64,000 nucleotides of DNA from a virus (IMGVR_UViG_3300028888_000043:9756-73755), one strand, 5' to 3'; numbered from the stretch's first letter, positions 19,865 through 29,544 are shown. Notes: generated by a model from the sequence alone, not told the origin. A program made the numbers and translations.

Positions 19865-20257
19865 ATGAGTATCTGGAGAGACATACATAAAAGGAGTAAT
19901 GGTCTAACACAAAGAAAGGAAGACCAGATTGATAAGAGTCCTTATGCAACAAGGGCAGATGTTGAATCCATCATACAACCAATCACATATGCTGGAATTG
20001 TAAACTCACAAAGTCAATTACCACAGTCGGCAGCAGTAGGGGCAATCTTCTATGCCCAGGGTACTGGTGAATTTTATATCTACACCAATAATGGTTTTGA
20101 GTTAATCTCATCTGTAACTACTTGCGACAATAATTTGGATTATATTGATGACTCCATTGGTCAACCTATTAAACCATTTGAACCCACTATCGTATCTGTT
20201 GAAACAAAAAATGGAATTTATTATGAAACTATCTTTAGAGAACATAACTATCAATGA
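19865..20257 (+). CDS. MSIW-leader family member 3 (130 aa)
   Basis: MSIWRDIHKRSNGLTQRKED. Confidence 0.6.
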   Translation: MSIWRDIHKRSNGLTQRKEDQIDKSPYATRADVESIIQPITYAGIVNSQSQLPQSAAVGAIFYAQGTGEFYIYTNNGFELISSVTTCDNNLDYIDDSIGQPIKPFEPTIVSVETKNGIYYETIFREHNYQ

Positions 20258-21503
20258 CCACAAGATATTTGACCAGGAGGGAAAGTATAGGGGTGAAATC
20301 CTGTATGAGTACATCCGCGGATCCCATCTCTATGGTACCAATGTTGCCACTTCCGATGAGGATAGGGGAGGTATATACATTATGCCCAATGACAATCTCC
20401 TCGGTCTTGGTTTTGATTATCAGAACGAAATCAAGGATGCCAGTAATGACAAGTGCATCTGGGAACTTGGTCGGTTCCTGGAACTGGCGCTCTCTTCCAA
20501 CCCTACGGTCCTGGAAGCCCTATTTGTTCCTGATGACAAGGTTATCTATGAGCACCCTGTCATCAAGGATATCCGTTCGTACCGTGACGAGTTTGTGACC
20601 AAGAAGTGCTTCGCTCCATTCGGAGGATATGCAGAACAACAGATCAAAAAAGCCCAGGGTCAGAACAAGAAGATTCACTGGGATATGGAAGATGTTCAGA
20701 GAAAGAACCCTCTTGACTTCTGCTACACCTTCAAGAATCAAGGAAGTCAGAACATCCAGGACTTCCTGAAGGAGAACAAACTCGATCAGAGATACTGTGG
20801 TCTCGTGAACATCCCCAAGATGAAGGATGTCTATGGTGTGTACTATGACTTCGCTGCTTACTTCCACTTCGAGAACATTGACTGGTATGATGTGAGCTTC
20901 CAATCTGGTGGTGTCAAAGCACCATATAACAAATTCATCAAAGATGGTCAGTGGAGTGATGAGATTTCACTCCGTATCAGTCAGCATGCCTTCTATGGTT
21001 ATGCGGGCATCGTCAACCCGGAGGATCCCACCAAGTCCAATGAGGTAAGACTCTCTTCCATCCCAAAGGGTGAACACCCCATCTGCTTTATGGCCTACAA
21101 CTCCGATGGTTATGCTCATCACTGCAAGAAGTACAAGGAGTATGATGAGTGGAGACAGAAGAGGAACAAGGCCAGATATGAGTCCAATATGGATGGTGAG
21201 AAGTCTGGTGACCCTGATATGAAGTATGACTGCAAGAATATGATGCACTGCTTCCGTCTGATGTCGATGGCGAAGGAGATTGCTGAAGGTAAGGGTATCC
21301 TTCTTGACAGGACAAACATAGACAGGGAATTCCTCCTGGATGTAAGAAACAGGAAGTTTGGTTATTCAACCCTCAGCGAACTGATGCTCAACCTGAAAGA
21401 CAAGATGGACGAGGCAATCAAGAACTCCACCATCAAGGAGGAGATTGACCGGAAGATGGTCAATGAGATTCTGTTGAATGCAAGAAAACAATTTAATCAA
21501 TAA
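20223..21503 (+). CDS. predicted nucleotidyltransferase (COG3541 / RNA-repair-associated Pol-beta-like family)
   Basis: RGSHLYGTNVATSDEDRGGIYI is the minimal NTase signature GS...D.D; start uncertain (ATG 20211 or 20223; track start 20145 is TTG). Confidence 0.5.
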   Translation: MKLSLENITINDHKIFDQEGKYRGEILYEYIRGSHLYGTNVATSDEDRGGIYIMPNDNLLGLGFDYQNEIKDASNDKCIWELGRFLELALSSNPTVLEALFVPDDKVIYEHPVIKDIRSYRDEFVTKKCFAPFGGYAEQQIKKAQGQNKKIHWDMEDVQRKNPLDFCYTFKNQGSQNIQDFLKENKLDQRYCGLVNIPKMKDVYGVYYDFAAYFHFENIDWYDVSFQSGGVKAPYNKFIKDGQWSDEISLRISQHAFYGYAGIVNPEDPTKSNEVRLSSIPKGEHPICFMAYNSDGYAHHCKKYKEYDEWRQKRNKARYESNMDGEKSGDPDMKYDCKNMMHCFRLMSMAKEIAEGKGILLDRTNIDREFLLDVRNRKFGYSTLSELMLNLKDKMDEAIKNSTIKEEIDRKMVNEILLNARKQFNQ

Positions 21504-21508
21504 AAACT

Positions 21509-21784
21509 ATGTCAGCATTAACTATCATTTGTATTATTCTCAGTTCTCTTTTCATTATCATTGATCTCATCAAGGGTGAAATTGGATGGGTGTTAATATG
21601 GATTATCATCCTTGGTCTTAACATCTTCACAGGTATCAATGAGATTAAAAAAAAAGAAAAGAAACTCAATGGAGATGTAGAAACCTATGTCATCCATGAT
21701 GTAAAGGGGTTCAAGGCAGACACCACGACCATCATTAATGGTACTGATACCACTAAGACTTATATACTAACATATTGGAAATAA
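21509..21784 (+). CDS. small membrane protein (2 TM)
   Basis: hydrophobic N-terminus LTIICIILSSLFIIIDL..WVLIWIIILGLNIF. Confidence 0.45.
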   Translation: MSALTIICIILSSLFIIIDLIKGEIGWVLIWIIILGLNIFTGINEIKKKEKKLNGDVETYVIHDVKGFKADTTTIINGTDTTKTYILTYWK

Positions 21785-21796
21785 TTTTTTAAAGAT

Positions 21797-22255
21797 ATGA
21801 CAGAAGATAACAAAATCAAATTGCTTAAGAGTGTAAAACTTCTTAAATCCCTTCATTTCAAACCAGAAAATATTATGGTCACAGGTAGTGTTGCCCTGGA
21901 TGCACATGGTATCCTCCCTTCCAATAGAAAATCACATGATGTGGACTTCATCATCAAGATGAACAATGACACCTGGGGTTGTCTCAAACTGATTGAAGCA
22001 ATGGTGAGACCTGATGATGAACCATTACAGGAATATGAATCCAAAATCAGGAAAGAGATAGTCTTTTTGACAATGAATGATGGTACAACCATCAACATCT
22101 GGAGATACAATGCCAGTTATGATTGGTCAGACATTAAGGATGCGGACACCGGTGTCTTTGTGGCGACTGTGGATCACATCATCAAAGCCAAGAAGAAATA
22201 TGGTCGGGCAAAAGACCTGAAAGACATCAATGACATTGTGAAAGGATTGTTATGA
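21797..22255 (+). CDS. minimal nucleotidyltransferase (Lnu/KNTase-like fold)
   Basis: TGSVALDAHGI...SHDVDFII is the GS-x9-13-D-x-D NTase motif; C-terminal pattern like lincosamide NTases. Confidence 0.45.
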   Translation: MTEDNKIKLLKSVKLLKSLHFKPENIMVTGSVALDAHGILPSNRKSHDVDFIIKMNNDTWGCLKLIEAMVRPDDEPLQEYESKIRKEIVFLTMNDGTTINIWRYNASYDWSDIKDADTGVFVATVDHIIKAKKKYGRAKDLKDINDIVKGLL

Positions 22256-22482
22256 AATTCAAATTCAATGGCGGAAATGGTGCAATCCTCTGTGGAAGAT
22301 GTGGAGTCATCCTCAAATCAGGAAGACAAATCCCGGAGTATGTGTGGGAGGCGGTCAGGAATGGTACTGTTGATAAACTACCGGATATGTACTGTGAAGA
22401 CAACTGTGAGAGAAGCATGAAAGTACTTGCAGAGTGTGACAGGATTATGAACAAGATAAAAGAAGAAAACAAAAATAAATGA
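22252..22482 (+). CDS. small Cys-containing protein (76 aa)
   Basis: CGRCG...CEDNCER. Confidence 0.35.
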   Translation: MKFKFNGGNGAILCGRCGVILKSGRQIPEYVWEAVRNGTVDKLPDMYCEDNCERSMKVLAECDRIMNKIKEENKNK

Positions 22483-23048
22483 AGCATTTAATAAGTGAAT
22501 CCTTATTCGCCGGTATCCTAATTGGAGTTGGTGCATTTGGATACCTTTCCCTTGGTGGGATTCAGGGTGCAATCATCTTTACATTCGGTCTGGTTGGTGT
22601 TGTACTCACCAGGACTCTCCTCTACACTGGTCAGGCAGGTATCCTCAATAATATTTGGGATGTGACCAAAATCTGGTTCTTCAACATTCTCGCCTGTGTT
22701 GTGATTGGATTGATGGCATTGTATCTTGGTGGAGAACCGGTTGAGAGGGCAAGAACTGTTGTAGAAGGAAGACTTGCCGTTGAACCAATCAAAGTGTTCC
22801 TCAAAGCTCTCGGATGTGGACTCATCATAGACATTGCCTGTTTCACTTATAGGGAATCAGGAAGTATCATTCCTGTACTGTTTGGTGTCCCTCTCTTCAT
22901 CCTATGTGGGTTTTATCACTCCATTGCCGATGTGGTTTATATAGTGGCGGCAGGAAACTGGGATAAAGGATTACTCTGGTATTATCCTCTGATTGTCTTG
23001 GGAAACTATGCTGGTTGTAATGTAAGAAGAATTGTATTAAAAAGATAA
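22479..23048 (+). CDS. polytopic membrane protein (about 6 TM), possible small-solute transporter
   Basis: hydrophobic throughout; no family assignable by eye. Confidence 0.5.
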   Translation: MKHLISESLFAGILIGVGAFGYLSLGGIQGAIIFTFGLVGVVLTRTLLYTGQAGILNNIWDVTKIWFFNILACVVIGLMALYLGGEPVERARTVVEGRLAVEPIKVFLKALGCGLIIDIACFTYRESGSIIPVLFGVPLFILCGFYHSIADVVYIVAAGNWDKGLLWYYPLIVLGNYAGCNVRRIVLKR

Positions 23049-23052
23049 AGTT

Positions 23053-23865
23053 ATGTATTTCAAAACATTAAAGGATAAATGTGAATTTTATCGTTCGCTC
23101 ACAGACTACAAGCTGATGCCGAACAGTTATGTCCTTGCTATGGTGGATGGTCACTGTTTCAGCAGGATGATCAAGAACAAGTTTGACAAGCCATTTGATG
23201 ATATGTTCATCAATATGATGAATGAGACTGCCAAGTATCTATGTGAAAACATACAGGGTGCCAAGTTTGCTTATACACAGTCTGATGAGATCAGTATCCT
23301 CATCACGGACTTTGACACACCAATGACTGATTCATTCTTCAGTTTCAGACTCTGCAAGATGCAGTCTCTCATTGCTGCGATGGCGACTGCGAAATTCAAC
23401 CAGATGTATGCAAAATTGGCAGATGACTATAAGGGTTTCGGTCTCAAGAAGTTTGATATGAAAGAATACCCGACTTGTACCTTTGACTGCAAGGTCTGGA
23501 CTGTTCCCAATGCCAATGATGCCTATGCCTGGTTCCTGTACAGACAGACCGACTGCATCAAGAACTCCAAGGCCCAGACTGCACAGACATATATCCCTCA
23601 CAAAGACCTGATTGGACTCACTGCTGATGAGATGATAGTCAAGTTGAAGGATGAGAATGGCATTGACTGGAATACATTTGAGAATGGAAAGAAATATGGT
23701 CGTGTCATCATGAAGGTTGAGACCAATATGGAGAAAGACCTTCCGAATGGACAGCACATTGAGTTTGTCAGGAATGTGTGGACTCCTGTGGATGCAGTGG
23801 ATCTGAAAGATGACAATGAATGGTTGAGACAATTAATCCCAGGATATAATGAACAAACAAGTTGA
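23053..23865 (+). CDS. Thg1-like protein (tRNA-His guanylyltransferase / 3'-5' polymerase family)
   Basis: YVLAMVDGHCFSRMIKN..FDKPFDDMFINMMNETA...AYTQSDEISILI parallels Thg1 VVRIDGRNFH..FEKPND..AYGQSDEYSFV. Confidence 0.5.
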   Translation: MYFKTLKDKCEFYRSLTDYKLMPNSYVLAMVDGHCFSRMIKNKFDKPFDDMFINMMNETAKYLCENIQGAKFAYTQSDEISILITDFDTPMTDSFFSFRLCKMQSLIAAMATAKFNQMYAKLADDYKGFGLKKFDMKEYPTCTFDCKVWTVPNANDAYAWFLYRQTDCIKNSKAQTAQTYIPHKDLIGLTADEMIVKLKDENGIDWNTFENGKKYGRVIMKVETNMEKDLPNGQHIEFVRNVWTPVDAVDLKDDNEWLRQLIPGYNEQTS

Positions 23866-24037
23866 TCTGGAACCTCCAATAAGAGAAGCAGTCTTACAAT
23901 TATTGAAGGATAAACTTTCAATCAGTACTGATATTGATTGGGAATATGATACAAAAATACTGACCACAAGACTTTTTTTTGATGGGAAGGAAATAAGCAG
24001 AGACCAGGTTATACTTTGTCATGATGATGATTTTTAA
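23849..24037 (+). CDS. hypothetical protein (62 aa)
   Basis: ORF. Confidence 0.3.
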   Translation: MNKQVDLEPPIREAVLQLLKDKLSISTDIDWEYDTKILTTRLFFDGKEISRDQVILCHDDDF

Positions 24038-24040
24038 GAT

Positions 24041-24445
24041 ATGATTATAGCTATAGATTTTGACGGGACTTGCGTGAAGCATGCCTATCCCAAGATTGGT
24101 GAGGACATTGGAGCCATACCGGTACTTAAAAAAATGGTTAAGGATGGTCACCAGTTGGTATTGAACACAATGAGATCGGGTGATCTCCTTGATGAAGCAG
24201 TCAAATGGTTTGAGGATAACAGTATAAAACTATCAGGTGTGAACCACACACCAGGTCAATCCACCTGGACTACATCACCAAAGATTTATGCACAAGTGTA
24301 CATTGATGATGCCGCCCTTGGTTGCCCAACAGTTATGGATGAACAGGGTAGAATCTTTGTGGATTGGAGGATTGTTGCCAAGGTATTCGGATATGATTAT
24401 GATAAACTAATCAATGATGGAATCAGACCTGTTGAAAAGCAGTAA
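24041..24445 (+). CDS. HAD-like phosphatase (small)
   Basis: IAIDFDGT nucleophile motif, C-terminal YIDD. Confidence 0.5.
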   Translation: MIIAIDFDGTCVKHAYPKIGEDIGAIPVLKKMVKDGHQLVLNTMRSGDLLDEAVKWFEDNSIKLSGVNHTPGQSTWTTSPKIYAQVYIDDAALGCPTVMDEQGRIFVDWRIVAKVFGYDYDKLINDGIRPVEKQ

Positions 24446-24565
24446 TAAAAGAACTGCACAGATATTGATGTCTCAAATTAATGGTGAGATTGAATACATT
24501 GAAGAGTATCTTTCAAAATTAAAAATGAAAGTATCTGAATTAGAAACAATTATAAATGAGTTATA

Positions 24566-24742
24566 ATGGATCCAAAAGACATTGTAATTGGTAAAAAGGT
24601 TTATTATCACCCCATCATTGGCGGTCCTGAAAAGAAAGAAGTGACCATCACAAGTGAGGTTTTTGAAATCTGTGGCACATCTTGTTGTATGGTGGATTCT
24701 GTTTCAGGATGTGTTGCTATTGAAGCATTAACGGAAATTTAA
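24566..24742 (+). CDS. small Cys-containing protein (58 aa)
   Basis: MDPKDIVIGKKVYYHPIIGG...; preceded by a 32-aa ORF at 24468-24566. Confidence 0.25.
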   Translation: MDPKDIVIGKKVYYHPIIGGPEKKEVTITSEVFEICGTSCCMVDSVSGCVAIEALTEI

Positions 24743-24743
24743 G

Positions 24744-25400
24744 ATGGAAATAAAAACTAATATTATGGAACTTGGAACAAACAAACAATGTGATTCAATA
24801 TGGAACGAGATTGATCCTTTAAATAACACTGACATCAGGTTATTTGGTATCTGTCTCCTTCCCCATGTCCCGGAATATTTCTTTCATATTCCTGCCAGTT
24901 CATCTGGTAAGTATCACCCGGTTGGTGATCTTGGAGAGGGTGGTCTGGTCAGGCATTCCATCGCTGTCAAAAGGATGCTCACACATATCCTGGAACTGAA
25001 CGGGTACTATGAATTCACAGACAGACAGAAGGAACTCCTTCAATTGGCGGCACTGTTCCATGATTGTATGAAGTCCGGCACCCAGGAGGACTATGAAAAG
25101 AATCCACACACAAAATTCCTCCATCCTATCCTGGCAGCCAACTTCATCATGTACTATGCCTGTATGTATGAGTTTCCATATGAAGATGCTGTGTTTATGG
25201 CATCTGCCATCGCCTCCCATATGGGACAATGGAACACAAGTAAGCATGAAAGCGGATTGCTTCCTTTGCCCAAAGAACCTCACCAGAAGGTTCTCCATCT
25301 GGCAGACTATCTTGCTTCAAGGCAGGACATCAATATTGTCATTGAGGAGGAACAGGAAATCAAAGATGAAACAGATAAGGTAGAAATTGTAAAAGAATAA
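24744..25400 (+). CDS. HD-domain phosphohydrolase
   Basis: SGKYHP...GGLVRHS...AALFHDCMKS...LAD (H, HD, D motifs). Confidence 0.6.
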   Translation: MEIKTNIMELGTNKQCDSIWNEIDPLNNTDIRLFGICLLPHVPEYFFHIPASSSGKYHPVGDLGEGGLVRHSIAVKRMLTHILELNGYYEFTDRQKELLQLAALFHDCMKSGTQEDYEKNPHTKFLHPILAANFIMYYACMYEFPYEDAVFMASAIASHMGQWNTSKHESGLLPLPKEPHQKVLHLADYLASRQDINIVIEEEQEIKDETDKVEIVKE

Positions 25401-25913
25401 ATGATGAAAACTATGTTCAAAGCAATCAGAAAACACATTTACCAGTATTTCCTAAACCAGAAGCTCAGGAATCTGGATGCCAGAAAACTCTTCCGTATTA
25501 TGGAGGAGTATGATAAACTGTATGAACGACCTGTTGATACCAACATCAAAACAGATGAACTCATTGGGTTCAACATCGGTGACAACTATGACATCTTCTA
25601 TAAGAATGTCCATCTTCACTATATGGAGACACCGGAACATATGATCACCCGTGTGTCAATCAAACAGAATGATGATACCTGGAAGATTGGTAATACTTTC
25701 TCGGAGGATAATGATGTGATGGAGGTCTATCTCACCTATGACATTGAAGTCCTTGGTGGATTGAGATGTACCAATACCATCCTGAAGAACGGGACCTGGA
25801 ATGAATATGTCTTCAAGACTCTGGATGAGATTGAGCAGATTGTGTTCAGTTATACCAGGGAGGCAAAGTTCAACAGGGCATATGATTATGTTCCAAGTAC
25901 CAGTACCAATTAA
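25401..25913 (+). CDS. hypothetical protein (170 aa)
   Basis: ORF. Confidence 0.45.
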   Translation: MMKTMFKAIRKHIYQYFLNQKLRNLDARKLFRIMEEYDKLYERPVDTNIKTDELIGFNIGDNYDIFYKNVHLHYMETPEHMITRVSIKQNDDTWKIGNTFSEDNDVMEVYLTYDIEVLGGLRCTNTILKNGTWNEYVFKTLDEIEQIVFSYTREAKFNRAYDYVPSTSTN

Positions 25914-25935
25914 ACCTTGCGATTGCGAACCACGA

Positions 25936-25969
25936 AAAAGGAGAATGATTTGCTTCATTCTCCTTTTTT
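25936..25969. terminator. bidirectional terminator preceded by TTGCGATTGCGAA element
   Basis: AAGGAGAATGA-tttgct-TCATTCTCCTT then T6; convergent genes on both sides. Confidence 0.7.
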
Positions 25970-25972
25970 ATA

Positions 25973-26263
25973 TTAAATGCTATGTGTTTCTTCATATTCT
26001 TCTTCAGACTCACCATAATCATTCCCCTGTATCGGTGTACTGTATCTTTTCTCAAACACTCCTATGCCAAGAAGTGCAAATGCTCCAATCATCATTGTGA
26101 GTATCGCTTCTCCAAGCCAGGTACCTTCATATCCAGTAAACACACAAATAACTATGACAGTAAGAAGTACAAGAAGAATAAAAACACCAAGGACTCTCTT
26201 TGAAGAGATTCTTCCATTGGCTCCGGTGAACATTGTTCCCCAAAATCTACTTTTCTTTCCCAT
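25973..26263 (-). CDS. small 2-TM membrane protein with acidic C-terminus (holin-like topology)
   Basis: two hydrophobic helices, C-terminal ESEEEYEE. Confidence 0.45.
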   Translation of the reverse strand: MGKKSRFWGTMFTGANGRISSKRVLGVFILLVLLTVIVICVFTGYEGTWLGEAILTMMIGAFALLGIGVFEKRYSTPIQGNDYGESEEEYEETHSI

Positions 26264-26293
26264 GCTGTTATGTCCTTTTTAATATTTATGAAC

Positions 26294-26336
26294 AAATATT
26301 TGGATATATCAGAAAAAATATGTATCTTTGTAATAG
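26294..26336 (+). promoter_or_regulatory. class-A consensus promoter (AAATATTTGG, about 20 nt, TATCTTTGTAATAG)
   Basis: Bacteroidetes -33 TTTG / -7 TAnnTTTG grammar; one of 13 near-identical copies. Confidence 0.6.
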
Positions 26337-26354
26337 GTAAACAAGACAGAAGTT

Positions 26355-26672
26355 ATGAATCTCAAATTTAAAATTGGTCAATTTATTGTTATTAAATGGA
26401 GACCTGTTGAAAATGTGTATCCTACTCCTCTCGGATTGATGTATTCTGAAAAGAATGAATCCAAATATGGTGTTTGGAGGATTGATCCTTACAAACCCGA
26501 TTATTTCAACAGTATTGACTATAAGATGCATCTGGTCCCGGTTGGTGAGTCTGCCAATATTTTCCTTCCTATGGACAGATACACTATTGATTACAATGAT
26601 TTGAAAGATGAATTCATCTTTGATGACCAGCATCTTGCTGAAAAGTTTGTAAAAGAATTTTTAACTGATTAA
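26355..26672 (+). CDS. hypothetical protein (105 aa)
   Basis: first ORF after class-A promoter. Confidence 0.5.
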   Translation: MNLKFKIGQFIVIKWRPVENVYPTPLGLMYSEKNESKYGVWRIDPYKPDYFNSIDYKMHLVPVGESANIFLPMDRYTIDYNDLKDEFIFDDQHLAEKFVKEFLTD

Positions 26673-26682
26673 ACTCTATACT

Positions 26683-26847
26683 ATGGTGTACATTTATGAA
26701 AAAAATCTCAACACTAACCAGTCCCGCTTCTATATGTCAGTTGAGAATGAGAACCAGGCAAAGAAAATGGTCCGGGAAATGAACCTTGACTCCCTCTATG
26801 ATGACAAATTCTACTTTATTGGAGAAAATCCAAAAGAAAAAGAGTAA
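26683..26847 (+). CDS. small ORF (54 aa)
   Basis: MVYIYEKNLNT...; below cutoff. Confidence 0.2.
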   Translation: MVYIYEKNLNTNQSRFYMSVENENQAKKMVREMNLDSLYDDKFYFIGENPKEKE

Positions 26848-26890
26848 AAAATTTGGAATTGTCAAAAAAATGTATTATCTTTGTAACAAG
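26846..26890 (+). promoter_or_regulatory. class-A consensus promoter
   Basis: AAAAATTTGG...TATTATCTTTGTAACAAG. Confidence 0.55.
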
Positions 26891-26910
26891 AAATAAAAAC
26901 TCATACAATT

Positions 26911-27096
26911 ATGAATGACAAGGAACTTTTTATCGAGGTATTTAACCGCTTCCAGGCCCGCCACAAGGGTCTCACCCTCTCCGGTACTCTGGTTTACTAC
27001 AACCATGACTGCAAGTTCAACATCGATGGATTCAACCTGGAGTACAATCTCCTCCGTCTCACCAGACTTCTGGATGAAGAGGGAGAGCTCCGCTAA
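26911..27096 (+). CDS. hypothetical protein (61 aa)
   Basis: ORF after promoter. Confidence 0.4.
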   Translation: MNDKELFIEVFNRFQARHKGLTLSGTLVYYNHDCKFNIDGFNLEYNLLRLTRLLDEEGELR

Positions 27097-27108
27097 TCAA
27101 TAAAGAAT

Positions 27109-27330
27109 ATGAAAACCATAAAGGTAAAAGACTCCAATGGAGTAACCCACAACTACAACCCCAAGTACATCAAAGATATACAGGAGGTTGAAAACCATCA
27201 TAACAATGAATGGTGTATCAACATCATTCTTGATGGTGAAGGAGAGCACATCAATTCCATTCTCTGTAAATCCAAAGAAGAGATGGAGACATTACGGGAT
27301 GCACTTATCTTCTGTATGGAATCTGTCTAA
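27109..27330 (+). CDS. hypothetical protein (73 aa)
   Basis: ORF. Confidence 0.4.
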   Translation: MKTIKVKDSNGVTHNYNPKYIKDIQEVENHHNNEWCINIILDGEGEHINSILCKSKEEMETLRDALIFCMESV

Positions 27331-27348
27331 CCCATAACAATCAAGACA

Positions 27349-27894
27349 ATGGGAAAGTTCTTCAAAAAACTTTTTAGAGAATACTATATTTTCACAGTCC
27401 TTGCCATTGCATTTGCAATTGCCATTGCAATTGTAGTATGGGGCATCACAATGAAACCTTATCAGCAGAAGGAAATGGAGAAACTGATTGTCTCCAATGT
27501 GGATGCCCGGGGTTTCTCTGACTTCAAGAAATATGATGTCACCTTCATCAAGGATGATGTCAAAGACAGTATCCTCTATTACAGAATGAAAACCAGCTGG
27601 GATGAGACCTTCCTGGATCTCTACCAGAATGTCTATGATGAACCTGCCAAACGGGAATACTACCAGAAGGAAGTCATCGAGGACAAGGAGAGACATGACT
27701 ACTTCAATGATATGGAAACCAACCATCCAGATTTATGGAATGAGATTGCCATCACCACTTACCGTATCAACTACCTATACACTGATGAGACTGGTAATGA
27801 CAAGATTGAAATCTGTGATGCCAAATTCAATAACAAGAATGAGATGCTGGAATACCGTATCACATCTCAATCTGACTGGGTGAAAATAAAATAA
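27349..27894 (+). CDS. membrane-anchored protein (N-terminal TM)
   Basis: IFTVLAIAFAIAIAIVVWGI helix. Confidence 0.45.
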   Translation: MGKFFKKLFREYYIFTVLAIAFAIAIAIVVWGITMKPYQQKEMEKLIVSNVDARGFSDFKKYDVTFIKDDVKDSILYYRMKTSWDETFLDLYQNVYDEPAKREYYQKEVIEDKERHDYFNDMETNHPDLWNEIAITTYRINYLYTDETGNDKIEICDAKFNNKNEMLEYRITSQSDWVKIK

Positions 27895-27901
27895 CAAGTA
27901 T

Positions 27902-28624
27902 ATGAAACTCAAACATATCACATTCACAGGTATTGATGCCAAGACTGATCTCAATGCTCTGAAAGAAATCCAGAAGAAGTATCGCTTTGCAGAATTTGGT
28001 GTCCTCACCAGTTATCACTGGTATGAGAATGGAAACCGCTACCTGGATCCACAGATTATCGACAACCTCCGGTCATATGACCTCAAGCTTGCCCTCCATG
28101 TCTGTGGAAAGGCAGCCAGTGATGCTGCCATCGGGCACTGGCACAGAATCAACAAGTTGGTCTGGACCAACCTTGACATCTTCAAGCGCATCCAGCTCAA
28201 TGTCTCCGGCAGGAAGGACTGCACCAATGTCTGTCATGCCCCTATGTACAACAATCAGGAGGTCATTATCCAGGAAAAAGATGTGGAGAATGTCAAACGC
28301 TACACTGACACCATCAACTACTATGAACACTCCTTCATACAGGATGAGTTCTCAATGCTCCTGGACGGATCCGGTGGTCGAGGTGTGGACACAGGTCTGA
28401 CCATCTATCCTTCTGACAGGAAAATCGGTTATGCCGGCGGGTTCAACCCTGACAATGTAGGTGGTAAACTGTCATACCTCCTGGAGAATGTCAAGACTGG
28501 TACCTTCTGGATAGATATGGAGTCTGGAGTAAGAACAGATGACTGGTTTGACCTTGACAAGGTGACCAAGGTCCTGGAAACCTGTGAACTTGTCATAAAA
28601 GACTATTACAATACTACTTCATAA
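27902..28624 (+). CDS. TrpF-like (phosphoribosylanthranilate isomerase family) TIM-barrel protein
   Basis: LLDGSGGRG...GYAGGFNPDNV...FWIDMESGVRT.DDWFDLDKV parallels TrpF LLDS.GGSG..AGGL.P.NV...GLD.NSAVE..G.KD. Confidence 0.45.
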   Translation: MKLKHITFTGIDAKTDLNALKEIQKKYRFAEFGVLTSYHWYENGNRYLDPQIIDNLRSYDLKLALHVCGKAASDAAIGHWHRINKLVWTNLDIFKRIQLNVSGRKDCTNVCHAPMYNNQEVIIQEKDVENVKRYTDTINYYEHSFIQDEFSMLLDGSGGRGVDTGLTIYPSDRKIGYAGGFNPDNVGGKLSYLLENVKTGTFWIDMESGVRTDDWFDLDKVTKVLETCELVIKDYYNTTS

Positions 28625-28634
28625 ATTATTTTTC

Positions 28635-28666
28635 AAGGGATTCGCTGGGAAGTGCATCCCTTTTTG
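28635..28666 (+). terminator. terminator hairpin plus class-B element
   Basis: AAGGGAT-loop-ATCCCTT then T5 then GTTATATTTAATG. Confidence 0.5.
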
Positions 28667-28679
28667 TTATATTTAATGT

Positions 28680-29543
28680 ATGATTATTCCTCCCATCAAA
28701 ATACAGGGAAAGAAAACCAAACTTGTTCCCAAGATAATGGAGATTGCCAACAATCTCCTGGACAATCATAAGGATATTGACACCTGGGTTGAACCATTCC
28801 TGGGTTCTGGAGTTGTTGCCTTCAACTGTCCGACCAGGATAAAGAAAGTGATAGTGAATGACATCAATCCTCACATCATCAAGTTCTACAAGAGCATAGC
28901 AGATGGTGAGATAACATCACAGAAAATCCATGATGTCTTTGAGGAACACAACAGGAGACTCATCAATGATGGTGGTCTGTACTACACGGAAATAAAAGAC
29001 AGGTTCAACCAGACTTTTGACACAATGGACTTCCTCTTCCTCACCAGAACTGGATTCAATGGGGTGATGAGGTTCAATGGTTCCGGAAAATGGAATGTCC
29101 CTTTCTGCAAGCTCAATGACAGACTCTCCAAAACGGTCATAGATGACCTAAAGAAGACCGTAGATGAGCTTTCACAACTCTTCCTGACCAAGGAGTTCAC
29201 TTTCTACAACAAGTCATTTGAGGAGGTTTTAGAGGCATCTCCTGCCAATTCTATTTTCTACTGTGATCCTCCTTATTATGGACTCCAAGTCCAGTACTTC
29301 AAGGGATGGGGAAAGGAAGATGAGATAAAACTAAATCAGATGCTGAAAGACAAGGTGTTCATCTACTCCACCTGGCTCAATGACAGTCACAGGGATAACC
29401 CTATGATAAATGAATACTGGGGAGACTATATGATAGAGTCAAAGCAGCACAAATATAATGTAGCGGAAAAGTCAAGTGAACGGGCACAAGTCCAGGAAGG
29501 TCTCATCTATCCTGGTGTTCCAAATGAATATGCTCTGTTTTAA
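28680..29543 (+). CDS. dam: Dam-family N6-adenine DNA methyltransferase
   Basis: IQGKK...EPFLGSGVV (motif I), FYCDPPY (motif IV DPPY). Confidence 0.8.
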   Translation: MIIPPIKIQGKKTKLVPKIMEIANNLLDNHKDIDTWVEPFLGSGVVAFNCPTRIKKVIVNDINPHIIKFYKSIADGEITSQKIHDVFEEHNRRLINDGGLYYTEIKDRFNQTFDTMDFLFLTRTGFNGVMRFNGSGKWNVPFCKLNDRLSKTVIDDLKKTVDELSQLFLTKEFTFYNKSFEEVLEASPANSIFYCDPPYYGLQVQYFKGWGKEDEIKLNQMLKDKVFIYSTWLNDSHRDNPMINEYWGDYMIESKQHKYNVAEKSSERAQVQEGLIYPGVPNEYALF

Positions 29544-29544
29544 T

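Noticed and set aside
20254-20598. 114-aa alternative-frame ORF inside the COG3541 gene
   Set aside because: Overlaps the conserved NTase N-terminus in another frame. Its S/T/R-rich composition is an artefact.
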